DNA of 64,000 nucleotides from Daphnia carinata (Eukaryota): NCBI RefSeq assembly GCF_022539665.2, contig NC_081333.1, positions 10,602,001 to 10,666,000 of the forward strand, read 5' to 3'. Shown piece by piece: positions 1 to 13,500 of this stretch (position 1 is its first letter; each line of letters starts with the position of its first letter). The notes under the pieces were generated by a model. It saw only the letters and a program-made list of their open reading frames with translations, ran no database searches and was not told where the DNA came from. The position numbers and the translations under genes were made by a program.

Positions 1-80
1 TTTTCGAGAACTTATGCTGTCTGACACCGTGGCAAGAGCGTAGACGAGTCAATCCGGCAAAGTTTTGACAGTCGGCAAAC

Positions 81-1585
81 ATGATGACGAATTTTAAGCC
101 TTCGACATTAGGGCTAACCCTCTTTTTCCTCCTTTTAACCATCGCTAATGTCTCGGAGGGCCAAAAGAAGAAACAGGATGTAAGTCGGGAGTTCAGAAGT
201 CAGTTTAGGCATTATACTTCATAAGGTATTAAAGCACCTATCATGTTGGATCTCAGGCATCGGGTTTAAACGATCGCTATCAACAAATAATGGATATGAG
301 TTCCAAACGGACGGTTATTAAGCTTAATGCCAACAGGTATCGAGAGCTAGTCAGAACTTCACCAAGAAACTACTCTGTTGTGGTTATGTTCACGGCATTA
401 TCACCAAAGCGTCAGTGTGCTATCTGCAAGTATGTATAATAATATAACCATGCTATTACTTTTTTTAAATGATTATATTAAGGAAATAATGTATAATAAA
501 AATTTTTTTAATTATTTTAGGCATGCATTAGATGAATACACCATAGTAGCCAACTCTTTCCGGTACCAGCAGATGTTCACCAACCACCTTTTCTTTGCCT
601 TGGTTGATTTTGATGAAGCGCAAGATGTTTTTCAACAGGTTCTTAATTTTTTAATATTTACTATTTCACAAAATTGCTAATCTTGTTGTTTTTCCCCTAG
701 CTCAAACTGAACACTGCTCCTGTTATCATGCATTTTCCAGCTAAAGGTAAACCAAAGAAGACAGACACTATGGATATTCAAAGAGTGGGTTTTGCTGCTG
801 AAGCAGTAGCTCGTTGGGTTGGAGAACAAACTGAAATCCAAGTAATATAACATAACATGAAATCAATATTTACCAACTAGTTGGCTACCAAATACCTATT
901 CATAGATCCGTGTTCTGAGACCGCCAAACTATTCCGCTACCATTGCTCTTGTTGCTCTTTTCACTGTCATTGGAGGGCTATTGTACCTTAGACGGAACAA
1001 TCTGGAATTCTTGTACAACAAAACTATGTGGGCCGTTATGTCGCTGGTAATTATTTATCCTTTTAGATTTTTTCCGAATAGTCGAAAACTATTAACTGAA
1101 AATCTGTTGTCCTTCGTCACAGTTTTTTGTTTTTACTATGACATCCGGTCAAATGTGGAATCATATTCGGGGCCCTCCTTTTGTCCACCGCACTAATGCC
1201 GGCAATATTGCTTACGTCCATGGGTCTTCACAAGGACAATTCGTCTTGGAAACATATATCGTGATGGGAATAAGTAATTCTGCCAAATGCTTGCATTTCT
1301 CAATGTATATTAACGATGTTTTTCCATTCAGCTGCCGTGACAGTGTTGGGCATGATCCTTATCATTGAAGCAGCCTCGGGAAAAGGTGACATACGAAAAA
1401 GAAGGATTATGTCGATCGTCGGCTTGGGTCTCATGGCTTTCTTCTTCAGCTTGATACTCTCTATTTTCCGATCCAAAGCAGGGGGTTATCCTTACAGGTA
1501 AAATTTTAAACATCAGTCGCCTTTTCCTTTTCAGATATAAACCTAATTTGAATAACTTCTTGCTTTCAGCTTCCTATTGAAGTGA
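81..1585 (+). CDS. TUSC3: Oligosaccharyltransferase OST3/OST6 subunit (TUSC3/MAGT1 family), 8 exons, ~334 aa
   Basis: Exons 81-179, 257-429, 521-638, 701-841, 906-1046, 1123-1273, 1332-1497, 1570-1585; all GT-AG, total 1005 nt in frame. Signal peptide, thioredoxin-like [19 protein letters not shown] (CxxC), [40 protein letters not shown]-terminal [17 protein letters not shown]. Confidence 0.95.
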
Positions 1586-4500
1586 TTATCTGCAACATGA
1601 CGTCGCTGGTCATAGAAAGCGGAGAAGCAAAACAGATTTAATAATTAAATTTTGAGAGAAGTTTGTGTTTGTATAATCTTGCTTTACCAAATTAAAGTAA
1701 GGATATACGTTGGATTTCAGATTGTTGACTAGAAATTTGTTTAAGTATTCTAGCCCCATATCCAATGAAAATGCGGTAGTGCATCTGAACCGTTTTTTTT
1801 ATTGTATTCTGAACTCATACCATGTGATTTGGAAGTTCCCTTTATAAAGCCGTTTTCAAGTTAGATGTGGCCACAACAAACTAGCCGATTTGTAATAACT
1901 TGAATTGAGCTTCACCTGAAAATGAAGAATTTTCATCATCAAATTTATAAATTGGATCTCCTCTCTAATCGTCTTGCCGCCTGACACACAGTTGGGTAGT
2001 GCTCTGAGACTACAAAGCTAAATTTTCCACCTCCATTCTGGCATATGTTTGTGTTGGTCATCGATCTACGCCGTCTACCATTCTTTGCTTCCTTCTATCG
2101 ATTTAAGGGTTTAATTTATGTTTTCATTCATCTGTAGATGTACTGGAAGGAATCGGAGGGAAACGTCATCATTTTGGCGGTATCGGAAATTCGAATCACA
2201 TCCGTTATTGTCTAGAGGCTTCCTCGCTTCCATTAGTTACCCAAAAGCCTATCATCCGGCCTTAAAAATCTGAGGTCGACGTTCCCGCTTCCGTAGCGCT
2301 GTCATCAGCACTGGCAAGTCATTTCTACTAACGCTGATGGAGCTAGATGACAAGATCGTGTTCTACACTTATCGGTGGGCAGATCGGGCAAGACGAGCAG
2401 CAAGAATAGCGGATGTTTTAGGCAATACGCCAGTACCCCTACGTAGTGAACGGAGGATGCTTTTCCTATCGCTTCGGCGCATTGTATTTCGTTTCAACAT
2501 AAAAGCACCTTGCAACAGAAGGGCAACCAAAACAGCAGCGTTTGTCAAGGCTTTGCGCATAGTTCTTCCCAATTTTTCGGTAGCTCAACGTTTCTCGGAT
2601 TTCACGTTTGAAACAAAGCTGATGCAAAAGCTCGCATAGGATTACATAGCAAATAGATGCGTGGAAATGGCAATTAATTTTTTCTTATAGATTGCCTATT
2701 CGTTGCTTCTTCGATAATGACTAAGAAACAATTCCGCGTTCCGCGCACCTGAGAGTTCTTTGCGTGATTAGTTTAGTTTCGCCCTGGACCAGGTTCCATA
2801 GCAATGAGTCATAGCAGCTATTGTGTTCCGCGAGCTTTCTGCTCTATTCCGTAACTGTAGAATGTTAACAAGACGATCGAGAAGAGTCAACGGGATTGAG
2901 TACTAATAACGTGCACGATATGTGAAATTTCTCGTCCCTTGAAAAGTAAGTAGCACGATGGGGGATGAAGAAGCTTCCATTCTCTCGAGCCTTCAAGTGT
3001 CTCGAGTGTTTGAAACACTCATAAGATAAGGAATCGGCTCGTCGTGCGCTCGCGTTCAATGATAGTGAAGCATTTGCTGCTATAATAGAAGCACATGTAT
3101 AGGCTGCTTCAAGAGCCTCTAGACGATGCCACGAAATCTTGAAGGACAGGCCAAGAAATCTTGAACGATGAGACGTTAGAAGCTTCGCCTGTCTCCTTGA
3201 TGAAAAAAGGTATAGGTAACAAAAGCTACTTTTCTGAGAATCTTGTTACACTGTAATAATGATCACTGAACACCAACTTTGGACTTTGTTGCCGAATTCG
3301 TGTATTTCCTTTTTTATCTCACCATTATAGATTTGCCTGCGCTTCTTTTGTATTGTGCATTTCATGTGTGTATTTAAAAAGAACATGGTATTATTCGGTC
3401 ATACTTACATTTTGAAATCATCCGTACACCGTCGTTCGTTCACCATGTGAAAGCAGGTAAATTCAGCAGAAAAAAACTGTAATTTTCGATCAGTACTTAT
3501 TTTCAGTCTGCCACTGCCAATTCCAACCGATCGACAAGGCTTACACAGCAGCCTTGAGAGAAAAAAAAATACGACTTGGTTGAAACTGAAGGATTATTGG
3601 CCTACGCATTCACTGCGTCCTTACCTTTTCCGTTACACGCAGGATCTGAAGTCACGTTTCTTGTTAGTAGCTGGTCTCTAGATACTATGTCTACATATCT
3701 AGTCACCACATGCCAAGGGTCGTCTTTTTCCTCTTCGATTTCCTCTTTTTTCATTCTGTTCCTTTTAAGAACTAAGCTTCGTGAACAGTAGGGACACATT
3801 TGTGAGCAGTTCTCTCAAGTTGATGAAAAAAATATTGGAAGAAAATAAATCTAGCGGCCGCTATTATTCTACCTTGAATACAATTGGATGTACGTTTTTT
3901 CTCTTTTCTTCCTAAGCTTTATTCTCATTTCGTTTCCTTACACCACAATCATTTTGATTTTATATTTTTTTAAAATTTGAAACGAATGTCCGTTTTTTCG
4001 ACTCGCACGCATGCAACGTGACGATGATAAACTACGAACAATACAATTTTGCAATCGATATGTGGGTGCACAGAAGGATTGAGAAGGCAAGGAAATGAGG
4101 GGACATGAGAAATCGAACTTGAAGCGTCGAATTAATAATAGTTGGACACTGTGCAAGGACTACATCTTACAAAGCAAGGTTATAAGGTAGAGTATGCTGC
4201 GTTCAATGCATCGGGATTGTGACGACGAGTCCGCATCGGGAGCTAGGTCAATGTAGGCCTCTATAGATCTTCCGAAGTAACAAGGAATTGATGTTTGTTT
4301 GCTAGGGCTACTGGAATCCGGGCAACGGCTACCGATCCATCGTTGAACGTCTAAAGGTGTTTCCATAAACTTTACGCTGAAAACTTTGCATGCCAAAGTG
4401 AGGACATATAACTGAATTAGCATTAAATTAAATAATTCCTTGATGCTACATTTTAAAAAATAGTTAAATATTATTGTTTCCCATCCGGTAGAATTTGTCT

Positions 4501-7500
4501 TTCCATCCATCGGGTTAAAACGTATCTTCAAAGGGAACGAATCCCTCCCAGATTACGCCTCCAGTTGATGGAGTGGTATCTTCCAGTACGTTAGACTGGC
4601 CATAATAATAAAACGTAGGGAAAATCAATGAAATTCACTTAACTATTGAATATTGATCCCTTTGACGTCATTCTACGGTGTGATTCCAAGTACATCAGAA
4701 GTGTACTGGACATAACAATATTCCTACCTCGAGTGGAATAGCCAACTGGTTTACAGACTCCAAAATTGGGGTGATCCTACGTATCATGCAGTCGTCATTA
4801 TTGGAACGCCAAAATCATATTGTTCGCTTCGAGAAGACGCAGGATTTCCATTATGACATCAGCCACTCCAATTGGATCGTGGAAGACATGTAGCGATGGG
4901 TCTCTGGTGCAGAAACTATTCGCACAATCACAGATTGCACGCCAACGCGACGCCGATCCCTCTGATCCCTCTTATTTCCCGACACATTGATTCCAGAACA
5001 AATCACACACGAAAAGGGCACGCTATTCACAGCAGTCGAACGTGATAGTAGCGGAGTCGGAACATCTGCACTTTCGATTAAGCAACAAGTCACTCTTTAT
5101 TCAATCCCAAATGCAGCGGCCTTTGAAGTGTCTAGTAAGTCGGTAAATTATTTGTTTTTAGCCTGACAATGTGTCCATGTAAATTGTAGGAAAGCCGAAC
5201 TGTACACAGGAAGGCAGCTTAAACTTTTCGTTGTCATTATTTACCCTGTATAAAGTAAGCAACAAGAAAAAGTGCGATGCTGGGAGATAGTAAAGGCCAA
5301 CAAAAGAAAGAACCATCAGCAAACCTACGCATTCGAGAGGGATTGATATACAATGAAGCTAAATACAAAACCTTTTCAGGACTTGCCAAACAAAAAAAAA
5401 ACATAAAAAAAAGATAGCCTTGTACAAGAAAGTGGATTTAAAAGATTGAAAGAGAAAGTAAGTCGCCAGGCATTTGTCGTCTTAAAAGCTTGCATTCTAT
5501 AGGTTAAGAGATGTTGCCATTTGGCAATTCTCCGTCTTCCCTACAATTCAAGTTACTATGCCTGCTCTTCAATCAACCTATTTTCTAAGAAAGCCCTTCG
5601 TTCTGTTACCCTTCGCCTTTGTACAGCCTTTCCGTTTATATCGGTCTCTATATTTTACTTTGTCTAGACTGGATAAAGCCTCCCTATGTCGCAGCCATTG
5701 TTGTGGAATTGTTCTCACCTATAGCTACTTGTCAAAGACCTTGGCTATTCCTCTTGTGTTGAACCCAATAATAGGGAAGTTCCTGAGGAAGTTGATAGTT
5801 GAACTAGGGGAAACAATCGTATTTGCGTTGCTACAAACCCAGCATTATGTAATATAGTTGATAACATCTAATTACAAAGCTAGAAAAGTTTCTACTATGT
5901 AAGCTGACGTACCAAAGGGTGGACGAGTATGTCCTAAAAGGAAAATCGATCGACCCCATTTCAGATCTACAGTGTCTTCGTTGTCGCTTGGCCGAGGTGT
6001 GCCAAGTATTCATTCGATTATCTACGTCCTCATCTTGCCGACTATAACATGTCAGGGAAGAAGGTTGGCAGCATTTTTCGTAACTATTCTCTATAAGTTG
6101 CCTGTATTTCTGGCGACGTTACATTTCATGACGATAAGGAGAGTCCAGAGACGTGCAATTGCGACAAGTTACGTGCGATGGAATGATTATGCGTCTTTCA
6201 TGGTTGAAGACTATTTTCATTGGCGTGACAAAGTAACTGAACTTAAGAGACTATTTGCAGAACTAAAACAATTTTCCAGATGAACCAAGGACACACTTTC
6301 AGCATTACTCGAGATGGCCCCTAACCCAAATTCCTTCAAAAATTTACGTGGTGTGAAGAAATCTCCTGCTTTATGTGGTTTGGGTCGTTGTAGAAACAAA
6401 AAAAGGATAAAAACTTTATTCTTATCGTCCGTCAAGACATCGGTTGCCATTTAAATTACCCTCAATTTAGCAGTACTTCCGTGCTTTTTTGTTACTCGTT
6501 TTTCATTGGCTTGTCGGTGTTTTACGTTTCATTGATCGATTTGACACTGTGTTTTAGGTCTGCTATCCGCCAACGGACACGCGGAAATAGCTGGCATCGT
6601 TCGGCTTCACGATCGTTAATGAACTCAAATAATGTAGACGGAACGATGGCAACGTAACAGCTGACAAGTATATATCGGGTAGCCAAGTTTCTCGTGGAAC
6701 GTGAAAGCAGTAGATTTAAAGAGCGCAGCTGGCAATAACAAACGCAACGAACAAACAATTCACCCGTTTGTATATAAACCATACGTCTGATGTACAGTAA
6801 GTTGGTGAGTGTTACGTAACACTGAGCGAAAGAGAACGAATTTTTGTCTTGATATGTGATTATGAATCTTGGATCTACTCCAAATTCAGATAAAAAATTT
6901 CCTTATCGCACATATAACTTTGTCTGGCTTGTTTATGTCCGGAAATGCTATAAAGTAAAAAGAAAAATGGTTGTTGGTTATCCCTTTTTTGCTATCTTGC
7001 AGCATCATTCTTCGCGTTCCACTCTTACATCACACTAAGGATTACAAAGAAATGAAATTGCTTTGGACCCTATAAACTTCATTTTTTATTCAGAGGCATA
7101 CTGCCGAATTGTATATAGTCGAGATTCCAGAGCAACCATATCTTTTCATGTATCTACACTCATACTGTACTCCGTCGATTTTCCGGCTTTAGGAGCAAGG
7201 ATGTTAAAAGCTTTGACTGGTTCAAGGCAGAAGAGAAAAAGAGCTAGGCGCCTATACAGTGTAGATGAACGTGAAATGTAGTCCAGCACGCGGAAATGAT
7301 GCAAAGGCGCAATAACCACGAACGCATCTTTTGTTGGGAAAATACGTAAGAGATACAAGAGAGAAACAGAATATCTGGTGGACGACTGAAAAAGGATGTG
7401 AAAACTTTTCGGAGCGGCCTAACTGTTCTCGTTTTTATTGGGTCGCTGCCTCTCAATAATAGAAAGTGTCTATATCTGTCGGTAGTGAATATGTCAGCTC

Positions 7501-10500
7501 AACCACCACGCCCTTTCTTTATTTCCTTCTTAGAATCGTTTTCCTTTTCTCGAATATTTCTTTCTTTTTAGCGGACTAGATACTACATTTATCTATTGTT
7601 GAAAAAGCTGCCGCAAAAACAGACCATAGCACGCCCATATAGCTAAACAAATGGTGAATAAGTACATCTCCAAACTCTGTCCAACTTGATTCCACACATC
7701 AAGGAAATAATGACTGTATATTTGTGGCAACGTAAATGGAAAACAAGTAGTACATCGAGCAAAAGACTCTGTTTATATATGCAAATTGACGTAATATAGG
7801 ATGTCGAAAATTATGTAGCCAGGGTGCAATGGGCACATGGTACTGGACTAAAGCCTTTGGTTCTTTTTCTTCATCAACACGACGTCACTGTACACAGATA
7901 AATTTCAATTCTTCTAAAACTAATAGAATTTGACTTGCACGAACATAATTCACTCAAACAAATGTTTTGTTTAGACACAGCTTGTTAGTTTTCGCAAATT
8001 AGTTTTCATTTCCAAGCGTACATCGCTTGTTTAATTTCAAACAACAGTTCCGAAAGAGCGAACACTATGGAATTCAATCCAATTTAACTCGTTCTTTAGG
8101 AGATCAAAGGCTATAGAGATACCAAAGCAGCGATTTGACTGCATACTGCGCATCAAGTGCAGTATACGTGAAAAAAGTGTATTGAAATCCAGCAATGTAG
8201 AAAAGCAGCACTGTAGATGCAAAATGCCCGATAAAACTGACATAATGCTGCTCTTCTTTTTTCAATAAAGAATATGCACGTAGCCTTTGATCTCATTAAA
8301 GTAGACGTCGTTTTTTTTAGCAAAGTACCGACGTCCACCGTATATGACTTGGATATGGTCGATAAATTTCAGAGAACCAAGTGGAAACTGAATTTCAATG
8401 GCGGGGGAAAAGAAAATCTAGCATAAATCTAGAATCCCAAATGGGGGTGATGCAGTCCATGGCAATTAAATGGGAATCTGATTTCAATGACTCATTAACT
8501 GTGAAAAAAAACGGGTTACGTAATTCTATTTAATTACACGAGCATATTTTCATGATGTACACTAGAAATTAGAATTAAACAGTGGTCGCATTTCCCCACT
8601 TCATTCATCGCTGCTCACCAAACGAAGAAGACCGAAAAATGTATCCGCAAGCGGCAGGATCAGTGGCGAAACGGAGAAAAGCACATTAGTCTGTCTTTCA
8701 TGTCATTCCATTTTTTCATCTCGTTCTATTTATTGCAGCCTCGCGATAGTAATAGAGAACAGCAAGATAGTGGAACGGTACATCACGCTCCAATCCATTT
8801 GGTCCCCGGTGTATTCGACAGTTTGCGCTCTCGAGCCACACATCCGAGCAATATAGCTAGTATTGATACAGTCGAAGAGAGAGGCGTCATAACCATGGCA
8901 CCGTACACTGACTGCATATTGGTGATTTTCATGCTGCCGTTGTCATTTGCTGTTATACCGCCGACATAAAACAATTAGTATAACAATGTTAAGAAGAGTT
9001 TTTTGCACGGCCATCTCTCTTGATTGGGGAAGGTTAACCTGGTATGGAGATTGAAGTGTGAAATATTTCTATAGCAAAATATTTTAAGGAAAAGCTAAGC
9101 AAATAAAGGAGGTAACACTAGACGAATTAATCGATGAATGAAATAAACGTTACATGGCGTGAGCATTGATATTTTATTGAGCTAAATGATCTTGCCCCTC
9201 TTTTCTCGTGTTGTCGGCCATTCTGTGTTTTGGTACTTGAAGCCAAAACGTGTAGTACGAAAGCTCCTAATGATGTTGAATTAGTTGAATTACGATATAC
9301 TTGGGAGGATAGACACAACCACTTAGGTCGGCAACACGAACACTGCCGTGGGGTTTGGAGAAAGAAAGCAACATGAATCGTACAGACTATTTTCAAATTA
9401 AAGAATGAGCACTGGAGTGTTACGAACATTACGATCTTCAATCTAATATACGCAGGTGGAGTACTATAAAACTACTTATAGAGGGATATGTAGCTTCGGA
9501 TCATACCCTTCTGAAAACCTGATTGCCACGTTCCATAAATTGCATTTGACGTAACATGCCAAAAAAAAATGTGATACAACGCGATACGAAGGTATTGGAA
9601 TGAAATCCGAACCGACTGAACCAGTAGAACAAAAACAAAAGGAGGAAAAGATAATTTCATTTGATCTGAAAGCTGGGGGATCCACAAATTTGCATTTTTG
9701 AATAAGGAAGTAACTTTCTACCATGGAGCCAAAACACTGCCGATATAAGGTGGATATTATTTTTTTTTTCCAGTCATAATAATACTGCATTTACTTGTAT
9801 TATACACCGACGAACCATTTATAGCCATTACCCTACACGCATCGCTAACTTGAGAACGAAGCTGAAACTCTTCCGGTTGTTCTTTTTGTTTCCGCATTTG
9901 CTGTCCTTTTCCAAATTTTTTTTGGTACGTTCGTTCTGGTCGTCTGGAATCGTTTTTTTTTATTATGATATAAGATAACTTTTGCACGATGAGAAGAATT
10001 CTCTTGAGCCATCCGTTGGCATGGAAAACAGCAACCTTCATCATAGAATATTTTTGTGGAAAGAATCCAAAATAAACAACGAAACAAACAATACCAATTG
10101 CTTCTCTTATTTTGCACATCGTCATTCTTTTCCTGTCGGGGATTTTCATATTCTATCAGCCTCGTAAAACAGAGTTGCGTAATTTAGTATACAAGTTGTT
10201 TTCTGACGAGTCTGCAAACACGGTAGATAAACTTTCCGTTCAAAGGCCTTTCTTCTTCCATTTTCATTTTGCGCCCATCAACGCGATGCAGCTACAATGC
10301 AAGAACGAACTAAGTACATGGTTTTATGCATACGTTAAATGTGGACATAGTGAAATGACAATTTATTTTAATATTGCCTGGAGAAATTTCTATTCATCTG
10401 TATAGGCTATATAGAAGAAATACTAAAGCTGCATATGGCAGCTCGTAAAATACTGAGGCCGTTATACAGCGTATACGGAACACGTATCACAACTATGGGC

Positions 10501-13500
10501 TTCAGTAATAAAGTTGAGCACCAACGGAGAGTCGGATAGTAGTTGGTTTTTTAAGAGGATCCACTAGACTGTGTACTGTGGTTCTTTACTCCAACCCCTA
10601 TGTAGAGACCATAAAACACGGACAGTGTGTGTGTGTCTTGGTGACGAAAAAGCTTGAGTGGAGTGCGATGTGTCCGCCACTATAAATACTGACTCGCTGA
10701 TCTTGTTTTAAGACGCTAGACCCAACCAAGAGCAGCTCTCCTTTTTCTTTTGTTCTCATTTTGCTTGTAGAGCTCTCAGCTGATAGACTGTAGAGCATGT
10801 GTGAAGTTCCCATCAGACGTTTTGATTTTTCATTCGCCTTTGCTGGTGTCGATCAATAATGTATATGGATGCCTTTCGATTGACAATGAACGTTTCAAGC
10901 CCAAAGTACAATGCGCTCATTGTCAAATATCTAAATGAAAAAATTTAATTAAAATTTCAAGTGATTGTTTCATGGAAACGCTATAGGAACTATGCAAAGA
11001 GCTCGAATCAAATACGTGCTATTGTTTGACACGTGATTTTATATGCATGAGCTGCTTACGTAATAAAAAGCCCTGTTTCCCTTTACTCGTCGTTTAGCGT
11101 TTCTTGGATTTTCAATTGTTTTTTTTTCCTCACAATTTTTATTCGTGAATTTTGCGAGAAGGCCAGTTAAATCCTGTGCGGTTGCTTTATTTCCCGTGGC
11201 CGCCCTCGTCCGGACGAAAAAGCCAAATAAGTGTATTGCGTAACACGCAATCTTGTTCCATTGAGGATGGCTGATAGTTTTTCGTTTCCTTTGGACCCTT
11301 TGTTTTTATTGCTTTTTCAATGGATGCTTTTGAAGATTTTATGTTATTTACCGTTATGTTATAGTGCACGACTAAAACTCAGAGCTACAAAGTGAATTTG
11401 ACGTTAAAGAATAGTTAACGATGGCCAAGGGAAGGATTACAAAGTCGGAGAAATCAAATGTTACAACTGGCCTTTGTATACATCCTGAATTGCTGCTAAA
11501 GTTTCTATTATTGTAAACGGACCCCACTGTATTTTCCCCTTTCTACAATTGTTTTATGTACAACCGTTCTTTTGTATTAATCTCGACAAGGCAACATGGC
11601 ACATTGAGGAAACGCTATTAAATTCTTCCCTGCTTGATAGATTCGATTCCTATACTTTGCTTTTCTCGTTTGAAGGACCAATGACTGCGATAGAGGGTCT
11701 AAACTACTGTTGCTTTAAAACGTGTATAGTTTTAGCATCAGCAAATGTTTACAGCATAATTCGTGTCACGCTCAACGTGAATATAAATGCTGATGGCGTA
11801 TAGCAAGGAAAGAAGCAAGAATTGCCCCAACCCAATGCCAGACAAACCGAAGAAATTTTCCTTGGCAATCTAGACGTGCTTGTATTAAGCTTCATGAAAG
11901 ATAAGCAAACGACTAATGAATGTTTCTGATAATTGAAGCGTATCCTGTCTGTTGGGTCGTTGACATGGCATTACTGATTAGCTGACTGCATACTCGGTTG
12001 TTGGGACAATTTCATTTGGTCCTGAAATTGCGGTAGCATTCCATTATACGTTTTCTTGCCATTCGCAGGTAACAACTGGACACTATTTGTAGGGGTTTAC
12101 TTCTATTCATGAAGTCAGTTGTTTGTTCCGTTGCGTATAAGGCTGCTGGAAAAGGCTTTTTAGTATTTCTTTTTTGCTCATGACACTTTAATAACCCATT
12201 TTATCCGTGCCTAAAATGGAAGGGCTACAGACGTTTAGATAAAGAAACAAATTAACTTTTACATATCATTATCTCTGTGAATCGTGTCGTTGGTTACCTT
12301 CCTGAAGGGAAAATAATTGAACTCAACGACGGATCCTCTTTTTGCGGTGCGCAGCGGTCAAGATAGATACGAGGAAGCCTCTCGTAACTTTTACGCAATT
12401 TTATTTACTTTTTAAAACAATTTCTTTTTAGCTCGTCTTTCAATGGGCTCTTGATTTCCGTATCCGCTCAATAATTCTGTGTATTTTTCTGTGCTCTTCT
12501 CTCCTTCCGCTGCTTCCAGCTGTTCTGCGTTGCAATTTCGAACTTTGTCTATGTACAGTCAAACGTTCTTATATAGCAACGGGATTGGCGGTCTTACTTG
12601 ATGGTCCCATAACTTATTCCTTATTCTATAACGTCTAGCAACTGTGCCCTAAGCAATTTTATACAGCAAATGGCAGTATTTCGTTATTTACACTATTCGT
12701 TTATTCCGCGAGCTGGCGCATATACCCAACAGCATTTTTCCACGGATTTTTTAAAACTAGTCCTTGAACACCTGAGAGTGAGCTAAATTATATCATTACA
12801 CCCGAGATAAGCTCCTGTTTTGCAAATAGATTTTTCATTTATTCTGTGAATTTTAGATCGCAACAGAGAAGTCACTCCAAAACTGCACATTGTAGTCTAA
12901 TTATTAAACCGGGCCAGTCGCTGAAAGGGCAACAGGCAATAATGGTACAAATTGAATGGCCAAATAACGTTGCGATGTACCGGAGCTTAACTATAATACA
13001 TTCGAATCAAATCGTTTGACTAATTGAAAACATTTTGTGGGTAACTTCTGTATCTGCCTTTTATCACCACTGTAGATTTGGTTTTCAGCGCACGTCGCAC
13101 GATCATGGACCCAAGCTTTGTCATGAGATCGATTGCTTCTAAGAATTCATTCATTATAGTAACTCAGGACTCCATGCAAGAAGTGATACTGAAATTCATT
13201 CGATAATTCAATGACTTTTTTTTTTTAACTTGCTATCTTTGTCGGGTATTTCTTGCCTTAATATATCGGGTTTTGGACGATTATCCAGAGTCATTTTGTT
13301 CGTACCCTACCATCTCTCGCAAAACGACAAAAAGTAGTGAGCAAAAGGTTTTTTTTAAAGGCAAATTAAAAGTTAAAATCCATCGTAAAAGCAAAATTAA
13401 AATAAAAATAGAACAAAGAAAACGGGAAAATCACTCTGATAAACGTCCTCGAGATTGCATAATCAAAACGAGTTTCATGAAACCCAGTAACCCCACCTTT

